From the NCBI GenBank assembly GCA_040002475.1, contig JBDUEJ010000027.1, positions 12,086 to 76,085 of the forward strand: 64,000 bases of DNA, given 5' to 3'. Shown here one piece after another: positions 10,170 through 19,388 of this stretch; position 1 is the first letter of the stretch, and each line of letters starts with the position of its first letter. The notes beneath the pieces are model-generated. The model was not told where the DNA came from, made no database searches, and was given only the letters and a program-made list of their open reading frames with translations. The stretch comes from a bacterium. Its GTDB lineage: Bacteria > Gemmatimonadota > Gemmatimonadetes > Gemmatimonadales > Gemmatimonadaceae. The position numbers were made by a program, and so were the translations under genes.

Positions 10170-12797
10170 GTGTTGAAGCGCGCGATCGTTCTCTGTCTCA
10201 GTCTGCTGTTTTCCACTGCGCCGCGTCTCGTTGCTCAAGAGCGCGGCGCCGCTGCGTTGGCCGAGCTCGTCGGCGGTCTCGGAACGACGACGCGCGTCCT
10301 GATGATCGGGGCGCACCCCGACGACGAAGACACGCAGCTCATTGCGTATCTCGCCAAAGCCCGACACATCGAAACCGCATATCTCTCGCTCTCGCGCGGC
10401 GACGGCGGTCAGAATCTGATCGGCAATCAGCTTGGCCCGGTGCTCGGCATGATCCGCACGGAGGAGCTGCTGGCGGCGCGCCGGCTCGACGGTGGGCGAC
10501 AGTACTTCACCCGCGCGTTCGACTTCGGATTTTCCAAGACCATCGACGAGACGTACAAGCACTGGCCGAAGGATTCGATTCTGCAGGACATGGTCGCGAT
10601 CGTGCGCGCTTTTCGTCCGCAGGTGATCATCGCCGTCTTCACGGGCACTCCGGCCGACGGACACGGGCATCATCAGTTTTCCGGCGTGTTGGCGCGCGAA
10701 GTGTTCGACGCCGCCGCCGATTCGGTACGCTTTGCGTCGGCGCGCGTCGGCGGCCTGCGGCCCTGGACTGCCTCAAAATTCTATCGGTTGCGGCGCGGCG
10801 GCGGGGCCGCCGGCACGCTCACGTTCAACGTCGGCGAGTACGACCCGGCGCTCGGCGAGAGCTACTCGGAGATCGCCACGGTCAGCCGTTCGCAGCATCG
10901 GTCTCAGGGGCAGGGGGCGTTGCCGCAGCGTGGCGCGCGCTACACCGGCGTCGTGCTTGAAACGTCGCGCGTTTCCGACGTTCGCGCCGGGGACTCCGCG
11001 CTGTTCGCCGGCATCGATACATCGTGGGCGCGATTCAAGTCGCTGCGCCTCGCCGATTCGGTGCGGAGCGCGATCGACTCGCTGACGCATGCCGAGGCGG
11101 CGGTCAGGCGTTCGCTCGATCTCGTCGACCCGTCGAAGATGATCGCGCCGCTCGCGGAATATGTGCGCCTTGCGTCGCGCGCCGAGAACGGCGTGACGTG
11201 CGCGACGTTGAATGCGCTCAACGCCGACGCGCCGGAGTGTGAACCGGCAATGGGAGACTTGGCGCTCGCGCTGGCGTCCACGACGTCGCGTGCGACGGCG
11301 GCGTTGGTCAATGCCGCCGGTGTGACGGTCGAGGCGACCGCGCCGCACGAGCTCCTCGCGCAGGGCGATTCGGTGCCGGTGACCGTGGCCGTGTACAACC
11401 AGGGCGCGACGCCGATATCGCTCGAGAGCGCGTCGTTCATCGGGCAACTCGGCATGTCGTCGCGCCAAGCGCGCAACATTCCTCCCGACAGCGCGGGAAG
11501 AATCTCGTTGGCGTATCACGGGACGATCTTGTCGTGGCCGTGGTGGCTCAGGCGTCCGCTCAAAGGCGACACGTTTACGCAGCCGCTCGCCGAGATGATC
11601 ACGGGTGAGGATCGGATCCGCGATTCCGGTGTGGAGGTTGGTCTGCGCATTGGCGGTGTAGCGTTTTCGTATCGCACCGGGCCGATCGTCTACCGCTACG
11701 CCGACGCCGCGCTCGGCGAAGTGCGTCGCCCGCTTTCGACGATTCCCGAGATCTCCGTGCTGCTCGAGCACGAACTCGAGTATGCGCGCGCGAACTCGCC
11801 GTTCGATCGCATGATGCGCGTGTACGTGCATTCGGCGGCCACCGCGCCGCGCGATGTGGATGTCTCGCTCGCGTTGCCGGCCGGCCTCACGGCTGATTCG
11901 GCGGTGCGGCATGTGACGATCAAGGCGTTCGGCGACGCGAATCTCTACTTCCGCATTCGCGGACGCATGCATCCGGGTCGCGATTCGATCGTCGCGTCGG
12001 CGAAGAGTCACGGCGCGACGTTCACGCTCGGATTCGTGCCGATCGAGTACGAGCACATTCGTCCGCAGCGGTCGTATCGCCGGTCCACGGTGCAGATCGA
12101 AGCGGTGAACGCGACGTACGCCAATCTGAAGATCGGCTACATCCGCGGCGTTGGCGACAACGTCATGCCGATGCTCGAGCAACTCGGGCTGTCGGTCGTG
12201 GAGCTCGATCCGGTGACGCTGCCGCAGGCCAGACTCGGCGGACTGACGACTATCGTGCTGGGTAGCCGGGCGTACGAGGCGAATCCGTCGGCGATGGTGG
12301 CGAACACGCCGTTACTCATGCAGTTCGCGCGCAACGGTGGGACGGTTGTGACGCAGTATGGGCATGCCGACATTGCGCAGCCGGGCATTCTTCCATTTCC
12401 CATTACCATGGCCCGCACGGCTGATCGTGTGACGGACGAGAATGCGACCGTGCGTGTGCTCGATCCCGGATCTCCGCTGCTGGCGATGCCGAACAAGATC
12501 GTCGAGGCGGACTTCGCGAACTGGGTGCAGGAGCGAACGCTGTACATGCCGCAAACGTTCGACGCGCACTATCGCCAAGTGTTCTCGATGAACGACAAGG
12601 ACGAGCCGCCGAACGATGCGGCAGTGCTCGTCGCCCCGGTGGGGAAGGGGACGTACATCTTCACGACGTTCTCGTTCTTCCGTCAGTTGCCGGCGGGCAA
12701 TCCGGGCGCGGCGCGCTTGTTCATCAACCTGCTCGCGGCGGACCAGCGCGCGGCCAATCGGCCGAGTGTGCCGGCGAGCAGCGCGGTGCGCCCGTGA
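10170..12797 (+). CDS. secreted PIG-L/LmbE-family deacetylase with a long C-terminal extension
   Basis: The ORF is 875 aa with a signal peptide. The AHPDDED motif and HGHHQ are typical of PIG-L. The last ~200 aa (TIVLGSRAYE...GGTVVTQYG) resemble a class-I glutamine-amidotransferase-like fold; this is inference from memory. Confidence 0.75.
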   Translation: MLKRAIVLCLSLLFSTAPRLVAQERGAAALAELVGGLGTTTRVLMIGAHPDDEDTQLIAYLAKARHIETAYLSLSRGDGGQNLIGNQLGPVLGMIRTEELLAARRLDGGRQYFTRAFDFGFSKTIDETYKHWPKDSILQDMVAIVRAFRPQVIIAVFTGTPADGHGHHQFSGVLAREVFDAAADSVRFASARVGGLRPWTASKFYRLRRGGGAAGTLTFNVGEYDPALGESYSEIATVSRSQHRSQGQGALPQRGARYTGVVLETSRVSDVRAGDSALFAGIDTSWARFKSLRLADSVRSAIDSLTHAEAAVRRSLDLVDPSKMIAPLAEYVRLASRAENGVTCATLNALNADAPECEPAMGDLALALASTTSRATAALVNAAGVTVEATAPHELLAQGDSVPVTVAVYNQGATPISLESASFIGQLGMSSRQARNIPPDSAGRISLAYHGTILSWPWWLRRPLKGDTFTQPLAEMITGEDRIRDSGVEVGLRIGGVAFSYRTGPIVYRYADAALGEVRRPLSTIPEISVLLEHELEYARANSPFDRMMRVYVHSAATAPRDVDVSLALPAGLTADSAVRHVTIKAFGDANLYFRIRGRMHPGRDSIVASAKSHGATFTLGFVPIEYEHIRPQRSYRRSTVQIEAVNATYANLKIGYIRGVGDNVMPMLEQLGLSVVELDPVTLPQARLGGLTTIVLGSRAYEANPSAMVANTPLLMQFARNGGTVVTQYGHADIAQPGILPFPITMARTADRVTDENATVRVLDPGSPLLAMPNKIVEADFANWVQERTLYMPQTFDAHYRQVFSMNDKDEPPNDAAVLVAPVGKGTYIFTTFSFFRQLPAGNPGAARLFINLLAADQRAANRPSVPASSAVRP

Positions 12798-13420
12798 TCG
12801 TGGACCCGCGACTGGTTGCGTTCGTTGGCGTCGCGGCGATTCTGATCATTCTGCCCGGTGCGGACATGGCGTTGGTCACGCGGAACACGCTGGCGCTCGG
12901 GCGGAGCAGGACGATGCTCACGATCGCGGGCATCGCCGCCGGATGCGTGATCCACGCGACGGCGTCGGCGTTCGGCCTCTCGGCGATTCTCGCGACGTCG
13001 GCGACGGCGTTCAATGTGATGAAGACCGTGGGCGCCATGTATCTCGTGTGGATCGGAATCCAATCGATCCGCGGCGCCGGCGCGCCGCCCGTTGCGGCGT
13101 CCGGCAGAGTCGCGGCACATCAAGGGCTCGGTCCGTTCTTGCAGGGTTTTCTGACGAACGTGCTGAATCCCAAGGTCGCGATCTTCTATCTGACATTTCT
13201 GCCACAGTTCATCGCGCCGGGTGAGCCGGTGCTCACGCGCAGCTTTTTGCTCGCGAGCATTCACATCGTGATGGGAGTCATTTGGTTGACGGCGTACGCG
13301 TGGTTCGTCGACCGGCTCGGTGCAATTCTCACGCGTCCGCGCGTGACGGCGTGGCTGGAGCGCGTGACCGGCGGCGTGCTGATCGCATTGGGCGCGCGCT
13401 TGGCCTGGGAACGCCGATGA
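12794..13420 (+). CDS. LysE/RhtB-family amino-acid exporter
   Basis: The ORF is 208 aa and polytopic, with an N-terminal pattern of LysE type (ILPGADMALV...). Its GTG start overlaps the PIG-L stop (GTGA). Confidence 0.85.
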   Translation: MIVDPRLVAFVGVAAILIILPGADMALVTRNTLALGRSRTMLTIAGIAAGCVIHATASAFGLSAILATSATAFNVMKTVGAMYLVWIGIQSIRGAGAPPVAASGRVAAHQGLGPFLQGFLTNVLNPKVAIFYLTFLPQFIAPGEPVLTRSFLLASIHIVMGVIWLTAYAWFVDRLGAILTRPRVTAWLERVTGGVLIALGARLAWERR

Positions 13421-13536
13421 GCGACGAGAACCCCGACGGCGGGCGACGTTTTCGCAAAACGCTGGTGAGCGTGATGGCCGTACAGATCGTCACGCTGCTG
13501 CTGCTCTGGTTGCTGCAACGCCGATACACTCCGTGA
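13417..13536 (+). CDS. 39-aa single-pass membrane peptide
   Basis: The sequence is MSDENPDGGRRFRKTLVSVMAVQIVTLLLLWLLQRRYTP. Its ATG overlaps the LysE stop (ATGA). GC3 is 31 of 39 by hand count. One 20-residue hydrophobic span is present. It ends 40 nt upstream of the symporter start. Confidence 0.45.
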   Translation: MSDENPDGGRRFRKTLVSVMAVQIVTLLLLWLLQRRYTP

Positions 13537-13576
13537 TCGCGCGCGCCGTTCGTCCCCGACATTTTGCGTCCGGCAC

Positions 13577-15268
13577 ATGCATCCGCTGAACTGGGTCATT
13601 GTCGTTGGGTGGCTGGCATACGTGGTGACGCACGGCGTGCGTCGCTCCAAGGGCACGAAGGGGATTGAAGGCTACTTCCTGGCGAATCGCAGTCTGCCGT
13701 GGTGGGCCGTGGGTCTCTCCGTCATGGCAACGCAATTGTCGGCCGTGACGATGATCGGCACCACCGGGCAGGGCGCGACCGACGGAATGCGTTTCATTCA
13801 GTTCTACTTTGGATTGCCGATCGCGATGGTGATCCTCGGTGTGACGCTGGTGCCGTTTCTGCACGGGGCACGAGTGTACACGGCATACGAGTATCTCGAG
13901 CGCCGCTTCGACGCGAAGACGCGATCGCTGACGGCATTTCTTTTTCTCGTGTCGCGCGCGATGTCGTGCGGGACGATCATCGCCGCGCCGGCGGTGGTGT
14001 TCTCGGCGATCTTCGGCTGGCCGGTCGCGTGGTCGGTGGCGTTGATCGGCGTGCCCGCAGTGCTGTACACCATGGTTGGCGGTGTGCAGGCCGTGACGTG
14101 GGTGGACGTGAAGCAGATGTATCTCATCGTCGGGGCGCTGGTGGCGGTGGTGATCACGTTGATCGTTCAGATTCCCGTGTCGCCGGGCGAGGCGTTGCAC
14201 ATCGCCGGCGCGGCGGGCCGGCTCAAGGTGTTCGATTTTTCGTTCAGTCTCACGAACACGTACACGTTCTGGTCAGGACTGATCGGCGGAACGTTCTTGA
14301 TGCTGTCGTATTTCGGAACGGATCAGAGCCAGGTGCAGCGCTATCTCGCGGCGAAGTCGGTGGACGAGGCGCGCACGTCGCTGCTGATCAGTGCCTATTG
14401 GAAGATTCCTCTGCAGGCGCTGGTGCTGCTGGTTGGCGTTCTCGTTTTCGTGTTTTACCAATTCCAGCGTCCGCCCCTGCTCTTCAATCCGGCGCACGAG
14501 CGACGCGTGCGAGCGGCCGAGCCCGCGGTGTATGGTGGGCTCGAGGCTCGGTACGCGGCGGGACTGACGGTGCGAGACACCGCAGCGCGAACAGTCGCCG
14601 CGGCGCACGATCGGGGCGACGAACCGGCGGCCGCCGCGGCGATGACGCGACTCAGGGCGAGCGACGACAGCGTCTCGGCGGTGCGGACCGAGGCGCTCGC
14701 GCTCGCGCAGCGGGTGACGGGTCAGGCGTCGAAAGACGTGAACTACATCATTCCGCGCTTCGTGCTCGACTATTTGCCGATTGGGCTGGCCGGTGTGTTC
14801 ATCGCGGCCGTGATTGCGGCGGCGATGAACGCGATATCGGGTGAGCTGAACTCATTGTCGACGACGACGGTGATCGATTTTTACAGGCGCTGGATTCGAA
14901 GCGAGGCGCCGGATGAGCATTTCCTCAAAGTGTCGCGTACGGCGACCGGCCTCTGGGGTGTATTTGCGTGCGTCGTCGCGACGTACGCGGTGAACCTCGG
15001 GTCATTGATCGAAGTGGTGAACCGGTTTGGATCGTTCTTCTACGGCTCGATTCTCGGTGTGTTTCTTCTGGCGATGATCGCGCGGGCACGTGCGGCAGGC
15101 GCATTCATTGGACTGCTCGCCGGAATGGCGCTGGTTGGCGCGGTGAATTTTGGCGCGCCGTCGGTGTCGTTCCTATGGCATAACGTGATTGGCGCGGTGA
15201 CCGTGGTCGTGGTGGGCATGGTCATCAGCATGCTGCCGCGAGCGCCCGAGCGCATTCTCCGAGATTGA
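13577..15268 (+). CDS. sodium:solute symporter (SSS) family transporter
   Basis: The ORF is 563 aa and polytopic. The N-terminal region GYFLANRSLPWWAVGLSVMATQLSAVT is typical of SSS transporters. Confidence 0.85.
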   Translation: MHPLNWVIVVGWLAYVVTHGVRRSKGTKGIEGYFLANRSLPWWAVGLSVMATQLSAVTMIGTTGQGATDGMRFIQFYFGLPIAMVILGVTLVPFLHGARVYTAYEYLERRFDAKTRSLTAFLFLVSRAMSCGTIIAAPAVVFSAIFGWPVAWSVALIGVPAVLYTMVGGVQAVTWVDVKQMYLIVGALVAVVITLIVQIPVSPGEALHIAGAAGRLKVFDFSFSLTNTYTFWSGLIGGTFLMLSYFGTDQSQVQRYLAAKSVDEARTSLLISAYWKIPLQALVLLVGVLVFVFYQFQRPPLLFNPAHERRVRAAEPAVYGGLEARYAAGLTVRDTAARTVAAAHDRGDEPAAAAAMTRLRASDDSVSAVRTEALALAQRVTGQASKDVNYIIPRFVLDYLPIGLAGVFIAAVIAAAMNAISGELNSLSTTTVIDFYRRWIRSEAPDEHFLKVSRTATGLWGVFACVVATYAVNLGSLIEVVNRFGSFFYGSILGVFLLAMIARARAAGAFIGLLAGMALVGAVNFGAPSVSFLWHNVIGAVTVVVVGMVISMLPRAPERILRD

Positions 15269-15357
15269 TCCGTCCTTCGCCGCTCCTCTGGATGCCGGGT
15301 TTGATCCGTTGAATCTGGTTGATCGGGTCGACTGGACAGCCTCACCCGGCCCCAGCG

Positions 15358-16656
15358 ATGTTCATAGACATGGAACGACCGCACGTGGTCATCATCGGTG
15401 CCGGGTTCGGAGGTCTCTATGCCGCCCGCGCACTCAAGAATGCGCCGGTAGACGTCACCGTGCTCGACCGCACGAATCATCACGTCTTTCAGCCGCTCTT
15501 GTACCAAGTCGCGACGGCCACGCTCGCTCCGACCGACATCGCGGCGCCCATTCGATGGCTGCTGCGAGGGCAGAGCAACACCGACGTCGTGCTCACCGAC
15601 GTGCTCGCGATCGATCCCGATCGCCGCGAGGTCATCTGCGAGGGCGACCAGCGCATTGATTACGATTTCCTCATCGTCGCCGCCGGCGCGCGCCATTCGT
15701 ACTTCGGACACGATGAATGGGAAGCCAGCGCGCCCGGGCTCAAGAGCATCGCCGATGCGATCGAGCTGCGCCGGCGCTGGCTAATCGCGTTCGAACGTGC
15801 CGACCAGACGTCGAACGACGACGAACGCAGGGCGAACCTCACTTTCGTCATCGTCGGCGGAGGTCCTACCGGCGTCGAGCTCGCCGGAATGCTGCCGACA
15901 ATCGCGCGGTTCGCCCTCCCGCGCGATTTTCGGCATGTCGATACGGCGACCGCACGGATCATCCTCGTCGAAGGCGGCCCGCGCCTGCTGCCGGCATTCC
16001 CCGACGATTTGTCGGCGCAGGCTGCCGCAGACCTCAGCGACCTCGGCGTGGAAGTTCGGCTGAACACGATGGTCACGAACGTCGGCAACGGCTTCGTGGA
16101 ACTGGGAGCGGAGCGTGAGCGCATCGACGCGCGCACGATTCTGTGGGCCGCGGGGAATGCCGCCTCGCCGCTGGGCGCGTCACTCGGCGCGGCGCGCGAC
16201 CGGATGGGGCGGGTCGAAGTCAACGACGACCTGAGCCTGTCCGCGCATCCGGAGATCTTTGTCGTGGGCGACCTCGCGGTGCTGCATACCGACGGCAAGC
16301 CGGTGCCCGGGGTTGCGCCGGCAGCGATGCAGAGCGGCCGAACAGCGGCGCGAAACGTCGTCCACACGGTTCGCGGCGAGGGGCGCGAACGATTCCGCTA
16401 TCGGAACAAAGGCGATCTCGCGACGATCGGTCGATACCGGGCCGTTGGCGTTCTCGCCGGACAGCACTTGAGTGGAGGGTTGGCCTGGTGGACGTGGTTG
16501 TTTGTCCACATCATGTATTTGGCGGGCTTTCGAAATCGCTTAAGTGTATTGTTGGAGTGGGGGTATTCGTTCTTCACGTATCAGCGTGGTGCGCGAATGA
16601 TCAGCGCCGGCGCGCCGCGAGCGCCAGCGCATCTACCATCACCTCCGCGCACCTGA
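15358..16656 (+). CDS. ndh: type II NADH:quinone oxidoreductase (NDH-2)
   Basis: There are two dinucleotide folds (VVIIGAGFGG and VIVGGGPTGVELAG), and HHVFQPLLYQVA is also present. The start is ATG 15358 or 15370. Confidence 0.85.
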   Translation: MFIDMERPHVVIIGAGFGGLYAARALKNAPVDVTVLDRTNHHVFQPLLYQVATATLAPTDIAAPIRWLLRGQSNTDVVLTDVLAIDPDRREVICEGDQRIDYDFLIVAAGARHSYFGHDEWEASAPGLKSIADAIELRRRWLIAFERADQTSNDDERRANLTFVIVGGGPTGVELAGMLPTIARFALPRDFRHVDTATARIILVEGGPRLLPAFPDDLSAQAAADLSDLGVEVRLNTMVTNVGNGFVELGAERERIDARTILWAAGNAASPLGASLGAARDRMGRVEVNDDLSLSAHPEIFVVGDLAVLHTDGKPVPGVAPAAMQSGRTAARNVVHTVRGEGRERFRYRNKGDLATIGRYRAVGVLAGQHLSGGLAWWTWLFVHIMYLAGFRNRLSVLLEWGYSFFTYQRGARMISAGAPRAPAHLPSPPRT

Positions 16657-16678
16657 CCGGTCTCATCCCGATCCCTTC

Positions 16679-18679
16679 GTGACGCAGCCAACAGTCGGCC
16701 TCGATTTCGCGCGAATCGGCATTTCCGGCGTCCGGCTCGAAGCGTTGTTCGAGGCCGTTCCGCTCGCGATCGCCGTGTTCGACGGCGAACTTCGACTCGC
16801 GAGCGCGAACGAACGATACCGCGAGCTTACCGGCGTTCCGGGCGCGCCCCCGACCAAGGTCTCGATCTACGACGCGTTTCCGAACGCACTCGCTGACCTC
16901 ACCGACCAAATCGACACGGCGCTCCGACGGACGACGCAGGCCAAGGCTGTTCGCGTCCCGTTTCAGCATCGGGGCGGACGACGCCTCATCGAGACGACGT
17001 TCGTCGCGCTGATCGAAGAATCAGGCGGCCGCGGAATTCTCTTCGCCGGCAACGACGTCAGCGAACGGGAAGACCTCCGTGAAACGCTCAGTCGGAACGT
17101 CGCACAGCTCGAATCGATCTTCGACGTCATTCCCGATTCCGTACGCGTGTTCGATACCGAGGGGCGCACGGTCCGGTCGAACACACAAGCGTTGCAGGAC
17201 CATCCGTCGGGTCAGCCATCGACGCTGCGCGAGCTCTGGCAGCTCGATCGTCCGCGCACCATCGACGGGACGAGCCTGTTCATGCACGAGCATCCGACCG
17301 CGCGCGCGTTGCGCGGCGAGCGAGTCCGCGGCGAAACGCTCGCCGTTCGCCGCGGCGCCGACGGATCGCCGGTGATCATCGAAGTCAATTCCAATCCGTT
17401 GTACGACGAGCACGGGAAGATCCGTGGCGCCGTCGCCGTCGAGCGCGACGTCACGGTGAAGACACAGCTCGCGAAAGCGCTCGAGGCAGAAGCCAAGCGC
17501 ACGGCCGAGCTCTACGAGCGAGTATCGACGGAAGCCGAGCGTCTGGAGCGAATGGTCCAGGAGCGGACTCAGGAATTGCTCGCGCTGCAGGAAGCGCGTT
17601 CGCGTGAACGACGCCTGGCCGCGGTCGGCCAACTCGCCGCCGGCGTGATGCACGACGTGAACAACGCACTCAATCCGATCATGGCCGCGGCGTATCTCCT
17701 CGAGGCGAACGCCGAGAATCCCGTTGCCGTGCGCGACTACGCGGTACGGATCGCCAAGGCAGCGGAGACGGGAGCGGCGACCGCCGCACGTGTGGGTCGC
17801 TTTATTCGGCAGGATCCGGTGCAGTCCGAGCGCGACGAAACCGTTGATCTGTCGGTGGTCTGCGATGAAGTCGTGGCCATGACGCGTCCGCTATGGGCGG
17901 AGCGTGCGCGCGGCGGCACCGTGAATCTCGAGCGCGATCTTGCCGAGGGTGCAATGATCCGCGGCATCACCGGCGAGTTGCGCGAAGCACTCCTCAACCT
18001 CGTGCAGAACGCGCTCGACGCCATGTCCGGTGGCGGAACGCTGGGTCTGCGCACGTCGGTCGTGAACAACGAGGTGCGCCTCGAGGTGAGCGACTCGGGC
18101 ACCGGCATGTCGGACGAAGTTCGCGAGCGCGCCTTCGAGCCCTTCTTCACGACAAAGGGACGACTCGGAACCGGACTCGGCCTCGCCGAGGTGTACGGCA
18201 TCGTGAAGCGGCATCGTGGTCAGGCGGAGATCGATTCATCACCTGGCGCCGGGACGACGATTCGACTCATTTTCCCGCGGTCGACGCAGACACCCACCGT
18301 CGAGATCCCGGTGGTGAAGGGGCAGCGCGTCGCGCGGCGGGTGCTGCTCGTCGAGGATCATCCAGACAGCCGTGAGTTCATGCAGGCGCTGCTCGAGTCC
18401 GACGGCCACACAGTCGATACGGCGACCGGGATTCAGGAAGCCAAGGAAATGTTGGAGAAGGCAACGCCGTTGTACGAGGTGCTGGTGACCGACATCGGGC
18501 TGCCGGACGGTAGCGGGTGGGATCTCATTGTCCACGCACGCGAGCGGTGGCCTTTGATGCGCATTGGGGTAGTAACAGGTTGGGAACCGCGTGCAGGTGC
18601 TGGAAGCGATGGGGACTTCGTACTTCGAAAACCCGTCAGGACCTCTGAACTACTCGCCCAGGTGGCCGGTGAACGCTGA
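16679..18679 (+). CDS. PAS-domain hybrid sensor histidine kinase with C-terminal receiver
   Basis: The protein is cytoplasmic with two PAS-like segments. It has the H-box AAGVMHDVNNALNPI, HATPase_c (DSGTGM, GTGLGLA), and a receiver (VLLVEDHPD...VLVTDIGLPDGSG). It starts with GTG, 22 nt after the ndh stop. Confidence 0.85.
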   Translation: MTQPTVGLDFARIGISGVRLEALFEAVPLAIAVFDGELRLASANERYRELTGVPGAPPTKVSIYDAFPNALADLTDQIDTALRRTTQAKAVRVPFQHRGGRRLIETTFVALIEESGGRGILFAGNDVSEREDLRETLSRNVAQLESIFDVIPDSVRVFDTEGRTVRSNTQALQDHPSGQPSTLRELWQLDRPRTIDGTSLFMHEHPTARALRGERVRGETLAVRRGADGSPVIIEVNSNPLYDEHGKIRGAVAVERDVTVKTQLAKALEAEAKRTAELYERVSTEAERLERMVQERTQELLALQEARSRERRLAAVGQLAAGVMHDVNNALNPIMAAAYLLEANAENPVAVRDYAVRIAKAAETGAATAARVGRFIRQDPVQSERDETVDLSVVCDEVVAMTRPLWAERARGGTVNLERDLAEGAMIRGITGELREALLNLVQNALDAMSGGGTLGLRTSVVNNEVRLEVSDSGTGMSDEVRERAFEPFFTTKGRLGTGLGLAEVYGIVKRHRGQAEIDSSPGAGTTIRLIFPRSTQTPTVEIPVVKGQRVARRVLLVEDHPDSREFMQALLESDGHTVDTATGIQEAKEMLEKATPLYEVLVTDIGLPDGSGWDLIVHARERWPLMRIGVVTGWEPRAGAGSDGDFVLRKPVRTSELLAQVAGER

Positions 18680-18732
18680 CTGGAGTTCAGCGCCCGCTGG
18701 CGTCAACTGCCATACCAGGTCAAATTCCCGGA

Positions 18733-19353
18733 ATGACTGAACCAGTTACTCGTATTCGCGTCCTCATTGCCGAGGATGACGACAACGCCCGTTCGTTGCT
18801 GACCGACTTGCTCGGTACTCTCGGTCACACGGTGGTTGCCGAAGTCTCCACAGGGCGCGAAGCATTTGAGCGCGCGAAAGACGTCGTGCCGGACGTCGTT
18901 CTGCTCGACGTACACATGCCGGATGGTTCGGGCATCGAAGCCGCGGAACGAATCACGCAATCGATTCCCGGCGTCGCGGTCGTGTTGTTCAGCGGCGACC
19001 ACACGTTGACGCTCACCGATCGCGACGTCACCGCGACCGCCGCGATCGCATTTCTTCCCAAGCCGGCGCCGCCGCGTGTCCTCGACACCACGATTCGTCT
19101 CGCGGCGACGCGCGCCAAGGAATTGATGGCGGCGCGCCAGGACGCGGAGTCCGCTCGTCAGGCGCTCGAGAATCGGAAGACCATCGAACGCGCGAAGGGC
19201 ATTCTCATGCGGCGCACCGGGTCGTCGGAGCAGGAAGCGTATCGCATTCTGCAGCGCACGAGCCAGGATCGCTCTGTGCCGATGGTGGAGATCGCGAAGG
19301 CCGTGTTGGCGAGCGAGCCCGGATTTCAGGAGACGGCGAAAGAAAAGACGTGA
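18733..19353 (+). CDS. REC-ANTAR response regulator (RNA-binding antiterminator type)
   Basis: The receiver reads IRVLIAEDDD...VLLDVHMPDGSG. The C-terminal ANTAR helix pattern reads LENRKTIERAKGILMRRTGSSEQEAYRILQRTSQDRSVPMVEIAKAVL. Confidence 0.9.
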   Translation: MTEPVTRIRVLIAEDDDNARSLLTDLLGTLGHTVVAEVSTGREAFERAKDVVPDVVLLDVHMPDGSGIEAAERITQSIPGVAVVLFSGDHTLTLTDRDVTATAAIAFLPKPAPPRVLDTTIRLAATRAKELMAARQDAESARQALENRKTIERAKGILMRRTGSSEQEAYRILQRTSQDRSVPMVEIAKAVLASEPGFQETAKEKT

Positions 19354-19376
19354 GACGCGCACCGAGCGCGCGTCTC
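19350..19376. terminator. perfect 11-bp hairpin between convergent genes (no U-tract)
   Basis: The hairpin is GTGAGACGCGC-accga-GCGCGTCTCAC. It overlaps the TGA of the ANTAR gene and ends 12 nt before the stop of the minus-strand lipoprotein gene. Confidence 0.45.
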
Positions 19377-19388
19377 ACGCCGCTCGCG

